Shown here piece by piece: positions 51,501 through 63,094 of a DNA stretch of 64,000 nt. A program made the position numbers and the translations under genes. This stretch comes from Nemertoderma westbladi (taxonomy: Eukaryota; Animalia; Xenacoelomorpha), in the NCBI GenBank assembly GCA_032718475.1, contig JAUCBJ010001594.1, positions 1 to 64,000 of the forward strand. The letters run 5' to 3'. The notes under the pieces were generated by a model. That model ran no database searches. It saw nothing but the letters and a program-made list of their open reading frames with translations, and was not told the DNA's origin. The stretch's first letter is position 1; each line of letters starts with the position of its first letter.

Positions 51501-53112
51501 TCTACCGTTCCCTCGGCAACATCAATGGCTTCTTCCACCGATGGGAGGGACTTTAAATTGTCGTCCATGTATATATCCCGTTTGATGTTGTCGATAACCG
51601 CTTTAGAGAAGGCGTCTCGGTTGTCATCGGCAGTGGTACGCACCACCGAACAAGCGTTCGTGGGGCTCGAGATGATCCCGAAAGCCTGGATGGTCATCCA
51701 GTACTCCACCGGTTTTCGGTTGAGGTCTCCTTCGGGCCACCACAGAAATCGTAGGCTGTCTCCATCCCTATCCAGCGCCTTGACTTGTAAGAACCTGCCT
51801 TCGATGTCCGAAGCGAATGCGATAGAATATTGCCGCAGTCTTAGTAATATTCCCAACAAAGATTGGAGTAAGTTGGGTCCCGGCAACAGTTCTGAATTCA
51901 GGGATTGACCCATGTAAAGGGCGGAGCCGTCGAACACTACCCGGACTTCGTTAGGTTTACTGGGCTTGGGAACGTAATGATGTGTTAGATAATACGTTCT
52001 CTCCATTATGGGTGTTTCTTCCGGAACTCGCTCCGCATATCCCTTATCAATAAATTTCTTCAGTTGGGTTTTATATATTTCCCTGGCTTGAACGTTAGCC
52101 GTCAGATGCCGATGTAGTTGTGCGATTCTCTTTTCCGCTAAAGGTCGGTTATTTATGAAGCTGGGTTCTCGCCGTCGGAACGGAAGACCAATCTCATAGC
52201 GACCTTCGTCATTCAGATAATGTGTAGTCGTTTCCTGAATCTGCTTGGCTCTCTCTTCCTTGACAGACAAGGGTTTGTCGTAGGAATTGGGCTCTACGGC
52301 TTCTTAAGTAAAGAATCGTACAGTGTGTTCATCGCGGATTTTGTTATTGTATCGATCTATCACTTCATTTAATTCATCGTTATAGGTAAATTGTTCACCA
52401 GGTTGATTGATAAGATGGCATAGGTTGACTTGGTTTAACCAAATTTGGTTCTCAGTGAGGATCTCGATGACATTTTCCTCATCATACAAGTGGTTGATGT
52501 CGTCGTTGTCTGAGGAGTATGGAGTTTCCTCAGCTGGGATTTCTTCTTCACTGATTTCTTCTTCCCATTCACTCACCTGGTGGATTTGTTCTTTTGGGAG
52601 TCTTTCCATTAAGGTCCTATGGGAAGGTCCAGTGAAGTACTAACCTACTCTCGTTCTTCCCGCATACGTCTGAAGTGGTTGCGGTCGAGCAGGCCGTTTT
52701 TCTAATGTCTCAAGCGCTTCGTGCGCATTTTGTCCGAGTAAGATCTGCATCCCTGGATAATCTGTGTTGAATCTATATGAGGTTGCTGGGTAAAATGATC
52801 TTCATCCCAGTTGTAAGGCTCCACTTGGCTAGTAGCAAAGTTCTTTATTGCCACCATCTTGACCGACCTTACACTATTTTCTCCTAGTTCATCCTGGGGA
52901 GTGGACAACGCACCCACGTAGTAATCTGTAACTACTGTGGATTTCCAAACCTGCATAATTCCGGAAAGGTTCAACTTGGTTCGGAACTTTGGTTGACCTG
53001 CAAAGATGTCTTCGGCTAGTTCTTTATCGATAAAAGTGCCTGTGCTGCCGGAGTCAAGGAGGGCGTTTACTATCAAGCTCTTCCCTATCCCATGGACCCT
53101 CAGCTGCACCAC
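48540..53112 (-). pseudogene. BEL/Pao pol of copy B (protease, RT, RNase H, integrase), disrupted
   Basis: ALLDSGS protease; RVVFDG, GPNL, LRFLW, FG..SSP, YMDD RT; HVFGDSS..VPRAEL..WTDA RNase H; HHCC, DLFGP, SDKGTNF integrase; ~153-bp tandem duplication at 49106-49411. Confidence 0.95.
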
Positions 53113-53163
53113 AGGGAATTCTCGGATACCAACCGATGAAGTTGGTGCTTTCCAAGATGGCTG

Positions 53164-56100
53164 TCAATCCGGAATAGACAGTTGGGCATCTTCTCCTTCC
53201 ATTTCTGTCTCGTACGTAAGTGCTCGATACACAGCGGTGTTGATCATATAACAGGATTCATTTTCGTCGGAGAATTCGTCCGTGTAGAATCCTTCCATCT
53301 CCGAACTGTGGTCAGTATCGTTCACATCACTGAATTGGACATGTAGTTTGGGCTCACTTACCTGACTTGTGCAGGTTCTGTCAAATTCTGTGTGCAGCAA
53401 GATATGATGTTTCACGCCGCACTTAGCACACTTCGCGTCTGAGTAACAGGTTTGTCGTTGATGTCCTTGTCTGAGACAATTATAACACAACCGCTTATCC
53501 CACATGACATCACGTCTATCCTTCAGGGATTTCTTTAAGAGTTCATCACACCCACTCAAGCGATGTGGCCCGTCGCACAATACACATTTGGGTTTGATGT
53601 TACTTACTTTAACCTGTGTTGTGTTGTGCACACTTGTTCTTTCTTCGGGCTTTCTTCCATGAATTCTCTTAGGAGACGTAGGAGGAGTTGTTACCTGTTC
53701 TCTCCTGTCACTGGTTCGAGACTTAGATTTACTTACGTCTTTCCTAACTTTATTGACATAATAAGATCTTTCGGTGTCCTTACCGCTGTTCTCATCGTAT
53801 GAAGTTTGGCTTTCGCCATCGTCCGTATAACACACTGGTGTTACCTTTCTTCTAGTAACGGGTTTTTCACTTACCTTAATTTCCGGTGTCTTCTCTCTGG
53901 ACTGCTTTAGGAGTTGTAATCTTACCTCTCCATTTAAGAATGACATGAGATCAGCCATGGTAGGGTCTCTTTGTTGCTGGTCCATCATATAGAGAACCTT
54001 TTTGTCCCAGCGAGTACCTACTCCACCCTTTGGCAAAGTAGATGCTACGGCTCCAACAACCATAGAACTCTGGTATTCTTGAGACTTACCTAACCAATCT
54101 AACTGTCTACAGATCTCCTGAATCTCATCGGAAAACTCTATAATCCCGCTGCTAAGAAACGTTCGGGGCGCTACTAATTTCGCATACAAATACCTAGCTA
54201 TGTTAGTCCTATTACCATACCTGATGTTTAGCGTATCCCAAACTTGTCTTAATCCGTCTGGATGTCCAATAAACTTTAACGCCATTAACTTGGGAGGTCC
54301 TTCCAAGCACTCGATGAGGAATCGAAGTTTTTCTCCATTGGATAGTACAGAGTTCTGTATGTTATCTTTATAATATTCATTAAAAGGTAACCATTTCATC
54401 TCATCTCCATTGAACTTGATGACCTCTCCCACCTTTACCGCTTGACGGGCTTCGGTTCTAGCTATTTGACGTGTAAAACTTTCTTGAGTCATCATATTAT
54501 TTAATATCGAATTTTCGGTATATAAATTTCTCGGATTATGATCAGATCTGTATGGGATATCAATATCAACAGGCTTATAATTACCCTTAATAGGGTTTAC
54601 TATAGGAGTTTCTACTTCACTAGCAGTATAGATGCGTGTAGGCTCCACACCTTGCGTATGAAATACTTCAGACCTAAATGGGTTGACACATTGTTACAGG
54701 GGGTGGTGGTATACCCATTTGTATATTTACTAATTTATCGCGCTCTAAAGCGATACTTTGTTGTACTTCTTGCAACTCTAACCTACTCTCTCTTACTGTT
54801 CTCTTTAACAGCTGAACAGTCCCTTCAATTCTCGGACTTGCTTGGAAGCCTGGTTTTTGGTGCTTTCCAGCTGTCCAAGCAACTGATTCATCCCCCATCG
54901 TCCCTCGTCCACCCACTCAACCGCAGAGGCGGGAGCTGCCAACATGGTAGCCGGGTGGCACATAGGGACGACGGGAGACAATTCATTTATAATGTCTCGC
55001 TCGGCGTCCAGGACTGGGTGTGATTCCGGGGCTTGTCTACTGGGCACAAGTAGTTTAGTACTGTGCAAAGGGAATTTAGAGTTAGGTTCTTGAAGTACAG
55101 GGGTCTCTATCAAGGGTGTGGCTTCACTAACAGGCCTAATTATTTCGGGCTCATCTACTATAGTAGGGAGTCTTTCTACTCTAATAATTCGGTCTGTAGG
55201 TTCCTGATTACTTATGTCTACATTAGCTAGTTGCCTTCTCACCGCAGGAGGTAAATTAGGTAACTTCTGACGGTATGGTGCTCTTCTACATCCGCTAGAA
55301 CGAGATTTATTACCTTTACCCGCGGGATCCGTTGTATCGCCTTCATCAGAGGAGGTAAATCCCTGTCTTCTGGGAGTAGATCAACTCTGTAGTTGCATCT
55401 GAGTAGCTGCCCTTTGTTTATTCAAGTAATCTTGTTTCGCCTGAAGGTTCTCCAACTCTAGTTGGGCTGTCGCTTCAGATGCTCTCCATTCTGCTTCTGC
55501 CACTTCTGCTGCCGCTGCCGCTGATGCTTTTCTTTCAGCTTCTTCCGCTGCCGCTGCCGCTGCCGCCGCCGCTGCTAACTTTCGGTCTTCTATTTGCCTT
55601 TTCTTTATTTGTTCTTCTTGGTCCATTGCGATGAGGATGCTTTCATCAAATTTAGCCTGCTCCGCAGCTAATATTTCCGCATCTAAAGAGTCCAACACGA
55701 ATTTGGCTCCCTCACTATTGGGATGAAGTCCAGCTAGCCGTATTCTTAGCTCTTTGTAACCTATAAATCGTTGATAATCCGACAGATAGATGTCAATAGC
55801 ATCCTTCTTCTTAGGTCTTTCGGATATTGCTTCGCCTTCCACATGAGAAAAGGTGGCATCTGTTGATTCTCCGTGGGTTATGCGCTCAGTTAGCTGAACT
55901 TTCCATTGTGTCGTTCCCTGGACCTTAACACTCACTCGTTGGAACCAAGTCTTTACAGCCACTTGCAACGATGTGTCTTGGCTTCTCTTCGAGGCCTCCT
56001 CAAAGGCTGAAAGGATTAATCTGATCCGCAAGATTCGTTCTCGCACTTGATAAAGCAGCTCTCCCTGCTCTTGAGGTCCTAGTGATTGTTGAAATAGATG

Positions 56101-56757
56101 TTCTTCTAGTCGTTCCAAGGAGTTAAAGAATCCATGGACATATCCTGCTGCTGACCTCTTCCATACAGCTGGATCTCGAGTGTCCCTCACTATCCCCATT
56201 TCGTATAAGTCCTCCCAAGCAGCTTCCGATAAGTTAAACGGGAGTACGGGTCCGGGGAAGTTCCATTGCGTCTCTACAATAGACCTTAGTTCCTCCATCG
56301 TGTATCCCGCATAACTGTCCCTGGTCGATCTCTTATTTCTCGTCCAATCGGCTTGATGTTCCTCCACAGCGATCAATACTCTAGTGAGTACGGCCCCAGG
56401 AAGAATTAGAAGTGGATCTGGATAAACCGCTTCTGCCATCCTTGCTCTGATCTTGGGCGTTAACTGTTCAGTGTCGGAACTACTAGAGTTATTCTGCTGT
56501 TGAGAAATAAGTTCTCGGCTCGGGTGCTGCTGCTGTTTAACAGCCGTCTCTTGGTCTCGCTTAACTTGAGATCTAGTGCCTATAATAGAGCTAGGGTGCT
56601 TTACTAGCCTAGGGTCTGATACCACTACTGTAGGGATGACCTTTCTCACAGTAGGAGGGGACTTGGACTTCTGTCTGAGATGTTCGATACTTTTATCTGG
56701 GTCACAGATCGTTCTTTCTAGGAGACTATCTGACAGTGTTTGCTTTGTGTCAGACAT
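53164..56757 (-). pseudogene. BEL/Pao gag of copy B with long N-terminal extension
   Basis: FNGDEMKWLPF..EKLRFL..LEG..RYG capsid-like region and the BEL/Pao triple Cys-His array CVLC/CYNC/CAKC..HHILLH. Confidence 0.92.
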
Positions 56758-58519
56758 GATTTATTTTATAGTTGAATGCCTACTACTATAATGACAGTTA
56801 AAGCAAGTCTAGGAATTCAGTATCAACTGTAAGCCTAGTAGTTAGTTACCGATACCGTTACTTAGTGTAATGTGATATATATATAACATTGAAATACCGG
56901 TATACATTTATAGTATATATAAGTATTATTTACAGACTAGGATCGGTCACAGAATACCGGTATATAATTTCAGCCTAAATTTATATAAATATAATAAGAT
57001 TACCGTAAATACCGGTAATGTCAATTATTTAATAATAACTAAATTTCTGAATTTTAGGGTTACTTCCCTTTACTTTATTACTGATATTAAGCAGTAGTTC
57101 AACTGATATTAAGACCTAATTGATGTATGACAGGCCTACTATTTTATAAATCTGATTGAGTTGATTTATAAATATATAGATATATATATACCCGTACAAT
57201 GGGTTTTGACAATATTTGAAATAAATGTTATTATTTCTGGATAAGGAGTCACTACACAGAAGCTGAATGCTCTCAGTGGAGTGCTACTTGTTAGACACTA
57301 ATACAGATAATTCTACTTTACTAAGTTACTTATCACTACAAATTACTTACAATCAGGTTGAAATTACAATCTCTAAATGAACAATAAACAAGTTACACCT
57401 ACAAGTTTTAGGGTAATTTTACAAGAAATCTATGAACCAGCCTAACAAGGAGTTAGAATTTCTGGTTCTTACAAACTGACAGGAAACTACGGTAGTAGAA
57501 ACCAATAAAGTAGTAGTAAGTAAGTTGCGTTGTCCAGATAAGGAAATACCACCGTCTGACGACTTATAGTCTTAAACTCTATAAGTACTACGTTATGTAC
57601 CCGGAGTGTCCTTACCTAGAGGTTAATTATCGAAGCCAACCAGATCTAACGTACCTATTAACCACGTTACAACACAAATACTGCCTACACACTAAATTAC
57701 TTTCAGAATGCACTGTACTCTAAACCCTAAATTAGGTACAAGTACTTATACAACAAATAACCAGCAGTTAAATATACTTGAACAGCCAAAAGAACCACAG
57801 TATCTGCTGGAGTGACCGGAGCACACAATCACCAGTCTTTACCTATGCCAAGCAGCCCTGATGTAGTACCGGGGTTAATTTAACTATAACGGTATGTATA
57901 ACAAGCACAATTACTGTAGGAATAAACTTGGGGAGTTGGAGGTTGCGAATACTCGCATGAACTCTGAATAATAAATATTACGCTACCCATACAGACTATC
58001 TAAATAAAACACAGACCAAATGCTGGCAGACTACTGTCAAGCCTAAATAAACTACAGTATATGCAGACTCCGAAATGGTTAGTTAGTAGGCATTCTAACC
58101 AAGTAGTACGACTTATTCTTTCGGGGGGGGGGGGGGGGGGGGGATTTACCTTACAGCACCCACCTTCCTAACTAGCACTTTATCGGACAGACACTCTACA
58201 CACACTGCAATCGCCTCAGACCTAACAACAGTTAGACAACAATCCGGCCTACAAATTATTTATACAATCTGAGCAGGCTTACACACCTTCTGCTCAATAT
58301 TACACTTACAGATAAATAAAACAGACAGAAATAAGTAAATCATACAAAGGAATAAGGGGTGATCAATCCCTAATCCCCTAACAGCCTACAATATACAATA
58401 TTTCACAATCGAAATAATACTGCTGTACCTGTAAGTACCGGTTCGGATGTTTAGGCCTACAGCTTACAGTCCGACCGGTATATTCAACTTTATTGCCTAC
58501 GGTGCAATAAAGAAACTTA

Positions 58520-58530
58520 AAATCTATTAT
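58520..58530 (-). promoter_or_regulatory. Candidate self-priming PBS of copy B (sense ATAATAGATTT)
   Basis: Exact complement of sense AAATCTATTAT at 59296-59306 in the 5' LTR (also 42934-42944 in the 3' LTR). Confidence 0.7.
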
Positions 58531-59655
58531 TGTTCGCGCTTTTAGACCTTTAGCAGTTTAACCTGCCAATTTTAGTTGTCCTCTTGTTTATATCGACTTT
58601 AGCCTTTTACCAATTACCTAGTGTACTGAAGTTACATCAGCCGAAGCCGGTCCGTGCGCGGCGTATGACCCACGGTGTGGGAGACTAGATTAGGATTCCT
58701 TGAGAGTTATTGCAGTGTAGACCTACTGTATTATTCGATTGATCGCTACTATATAATCTCTGACAACTATATTTACTTTCGGGGAAATATTAACAGTTCC
58801 TTTAGGACGTGGCACTTTAAGTATAAAAACAGAGTTATGACTTATACTAATCACAACTAGATGGCCACAGAGTTTCGTAAATAGCGCATTCTTTAGAAGA
58901 TGCTTAGATAGATGGATGATTAGGAGATTAGGAGATGCTTTATTAACCTTTACACTACTTCACACTACTTCACACTAGTTCGCACTAATCTGCCGACTGT
59001 CACTGAATTTGATCATATATAAGGAGGATCGCAACTGACACACGTAGGGATTATGAAATAGCATTTAATTCACACAAAACCACTATAATTTAAGTTGCAG
59101 TTGCTACCGGTAAACTCTATTCCTCTTACCTCAGTAATCAAGAAGATTGAGGGGTTTATGATTATTTATCGGTATTCTCCAAATATAACATCAATATCCA
59201 TTAATATAACAACAATTAATAGGTACTATAAACAGAAGTAAAATAATGCGGTGAAATGTTATGTGACCAGTATGAAATAAGATAGGTAGGTCAGGATAAT
59301 AGATTTACGTTCTTATAATCAAGGCCGTCTGATGTTCCTAGACCAAAGTCTGAAACTTCCACACAGAAGCACAGAAAATTCTGAGTTTGTTCTGATGCTC
59401 AGAAAATAGTAAAAAATGACCGTAATGCATTGCGCGAGTTTCCATAGGTTTCTGTTAGACATAAAGTGAAAATTGCTCTGATTGGCTGAATAAGACAGAA
59501 CAAAGAACCTCCACGTCCACAAAGAATCAGCTGACAGATTTCGTCATCTTGGTTCTAATTCCTTCCCGTCGCGTAGTTGGATAGATTTAGGGCTATTTTA
59601 GAGTATTCTGCGCATTGCGTAAAAATGACTTGTTATGTCCACAAAAGCTTTTACA
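58531..59655 (-). repeat. 5' LTR of copy B (1125 bp)
   Basis: TG...CA on the minus strand; direct repeat of 42214-43293. Confidence 0.93.
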
Positions 59656-60806
59656 AAACGCAACAACTTAATCGCCCGGTTGGTCGTTTATGTTTACTGG
59701 AAAGAGACCGAGAGTTGTCCGTTAACTATGGAAGGCAAGAGACTCTTCCCACGACCACCTCCCTAATCCAACAAACATCTAGGGACTCCCCAATGTAACA
59801 GCGTTCGGAGTGGGTGTGTGACTACATTATTTTATTTTTATATTTATGTATGTATTATTATGTAATTTCTATTATTATAATCGTTTTCTTTAATTTTACT
59901 TAGTAGAATAATATTTTAATGATTATTCAGTAGATTAGTGCATTATATTTCGTGTTTTATTACTTAATTACTTAGTATAATATATTTCGTTTAACGGCGA
60001 GAAATAATTTCATTTTCTCTTTCCTTACTGTCCGTATCATACTATAAATCCGTGACTACAGTAAGATGAAATGTCAGTACTTTTAAAGTACAATATACCG
60101 CCCCTACTATACTTAAGTATTATTGGTAAAGTAGAGTATTAGGAATGCAAAGTTCAGATCCTCGTGTCTCGGCTAAACCAAGCTCTGGGTAGACCTTGGA
60201 AACGACTTGCCTCTTCTCACTGACATTGCTTCTTGCAATATTGCTCTCATACCGTATATTAAATAATACATATAGTAGAAAGATGTCCATTTAACAGTAG
60301 CATTGAAGCGCGCGCAAAATAAATCTGTTAAACCCTTTGACCATCTGAAATTCTAGTCAATTACGATATCGCGGCACCCACTGATATACTTGAAAGACAA
60401 ATTTCTAGAATCAGTGGTTAACGTCCCCAGACATGTTCTGGAATAAATCGGTGCCCATCCTAAATATTAAATATTTGATAAATATTTACAACGTTTGTTA
60501 TAACAAATGTTAAAATAGAGGAAATGCTAACAAATTAAATCTAAAAATTATAAATTAAATTTGTTAAACCTTTAGATCCTCTAAAATTTTAGTCGATTAA
60601 GATATCGTAGTACTTACCGATACTCTTAAAAGACAAGATTCTGGAAATAAGGATCCTAGTCCCCAGACATGTTCTGGAATAAAACTGTGTCTATTTTAAT
60701 ATCAAATAATAAAATTCACGGGAATAAATTTTAAATTCATATCCTCTCGTGAATTTAATAAATTGTCATTTTATACAATTTATAAACATTCCCAAAATTC
60801 CTTTAA

Positions 60807-60839
60807 CCCTATTAGTACCGGGCTATAAAATGCTGTACA

Positions 60840-60870
<31 letters not shown>

Positions 60871-62387
60871 TCATATTGACCCTTCCCTCTAAAATCTACA
60901 AATATTAAAGAAATCGTGTGATTTTTTGTTTGTACGTAGGTATCACTAGTCTGGTTCCGAAAGAAAAAAATTTTCGAAAAAATGTACTGGGGTGGTAATA
61001 TTGCAGCACCAAAATTACAAGTAGTGCACAATTTTCACAAAATTTGAAAGTTACATTTTTCGGCTAATTGTTTTTCAATACAGGTTTTCTGGGGCGCAAA
61101 ATACATTGGAAAATATTTAAAAATGATATGATTACCATAAATGGCTGTTTAGTCCTCTATGCGTAGGGAAAAAATGAAAAAAACAAGTAACCAGCACTTT
61201 TCAGTTAGAACACAAAATTTTTAATTCACTTATACGATGCTATAAATTCACATTTTCAGGTTTTCTAGGGCGCTGATTCTAATGGAATACATTTCAAATA
61301 TGCCAGATCATTGCTACGTGTATTTTTCGGCGTAATTTGGCAAATTTTGGTGCTAGCACCAAACTTCGTACCCATCACCAAAAAGTACAAGTTTGCGATG
61401 TCCAGTGCTGTTTTTATTGATTCCATCGGATTCAGGACCCTCATAAACCCGCATAATGCAAGAAACAAGATGATACTATCTACTGATCAATTTACTCATT
61501 TTCCAAAATTTGGTGCTGGAACGAACAACAATTTTCACCCACCGGCGAAAAATACAAGTTTGAAAACTCTTATGAAATTTTTACTGATTCCATTGAATTC
61601 AGAACCCTAACAAACCCGTATAACGCAAGAAACAAGATGACACAATCAATTGATATATTTGATGGTTTTCAAAATTTGGTGCTAGCACCACATTTTGCAC
61701 CCACTTCCGAAAAATATAAGTTTGAGATGTCTAGTTCGATAATTATATATTCCATTGAATTCAGAACACCCATAAACCTCTAAAATGCAAGAAATAAATT
61801 GTCACAAGCAATTTTATCTATTGAATGGATTTTCAAAATTTCGTGCTAGCACCAAAATTTGCACACAGCACCGAAAAATACAAGTTTGATACGCTTGGTG
61901 CAACTCGTATATATTTCATCGAAACCAGAACCCTAAAAAACCCCAATTGCGTAAAAAACAAGTTTCAAACAATCAATTTACAAAATTGACATATTTCAAA
62001 ATTTGGTGCTGGCACCAAAATTTGGCAACCGCCGAAAAAAACAAGTTTGAAATTTCTAAATCAATTTATATGAATTCCATCCAATTGCTAACACCAAAAA
62101 ACCGGTGTAAATCAAAAATAGAGATGTTACAATTAATATTTAATGAAATGTAATTTTCAAAAAACGTCTCAAAAAAAGTGCCAAAAGTAGGGTTAAAAAA
62201 TGGTGCTATAACTCGAAAACTACCCAATATTTTTGAAAACGGTTTTCACTACTAGGAAGACAATAGATTTTTAGGAAAAGTCATAATATTTCAGATTCCC
62301 AAATGCGTTTGTTTCAGAATTATAATAAAAAAACCACGGGGGGGGGGGGGGGTCATATTGACCCCCCCCCCCCCGGGTTTAATATGG
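60807..62387. mobile_element. Non-autonomous piggyBac-like element inserted in the 3' spacer of copy A
   Basis: TTAA TSD (60803-60806 / 62388-62391), CCCTATTA..CCGGG-type TIRs, empty site in copy B, internal ~165-bp tandem repeats centred on GGTGCTAGCACC. Confidence 0.85.
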
Positions 62388-63094
62388 TTAATTAATAGAT
62401 CATGGGAGCGGAGATTCACCCTATTAAGTATATCAGTGTGAGAGAATCTCCAGTGTATAGTCAATAGCCGATAAAATTCATAAAATCATGTATAAGGGGA
62501 ATATTGACAATTAAAAGTCACTATTAAATAGCATCCCAGATCTGTATGCATGAGAAATACCCTAATTCTACCGCTAGCTTTGCATAATGTCACCATAGTA
62601 ACAACCACGCTAGAATTAGAAGTGAGTTAAAAGAACAATAGAAAGCTTGGTGCCCCATTGAATAGGATGCGGAATAAATAGCACCTTGCTAGTATCTAGG
62701 GATACATAATAATAACGTGGCATTCTGGAAGGCATTTGACTAACGGACAAATGGCCCTAATTTGTACAAATTGTGGCAGGAATGTGGAATTTGTGTATTT
62801 ATAGGTGAATGTTACTACTAAAGTGTGTTTACAGTAGCGAGTCGCAGTTGTGAAAATTACCCTGCATCTGTAGCAAGTACATCCAGTATACTCAAGCCCT
62901 TGGGACGGACAGTGGAGTGACTCATGCTGGTTATTGTTGTCGCTGTGTAGCTACTACGTTGACGAGAGGCACAGCGACGACAGTACATCAGCGCTGAGGA
63001 TCTCAGGGCTGTCCGGGGGCATAGAGGGGAAGGCAGCGACGCCCACTAGCCTTATTATTATTCACTATAATATCGATAAACTCATGTAGCAGCT

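Larger units (their letters stand above)
42214..59655 (-). mobile_element. BEL/Pao LTR retrotransposon copy B, full length (17.4 kb), nested in copy A
   Basis: Two LTRs, gag-pro-RT-RH-IN order, 5-bp TSD AAACG (42209-42213 / 59656-59660), GGGAGTGG purine tract before the 3' LTR. Confidence 0.95.

Noticed and set aside
62993-63030. CTGAGGA as a possible second hammerhead core
   Set aside because: No GAAA or stem III at the required spacing in either copy
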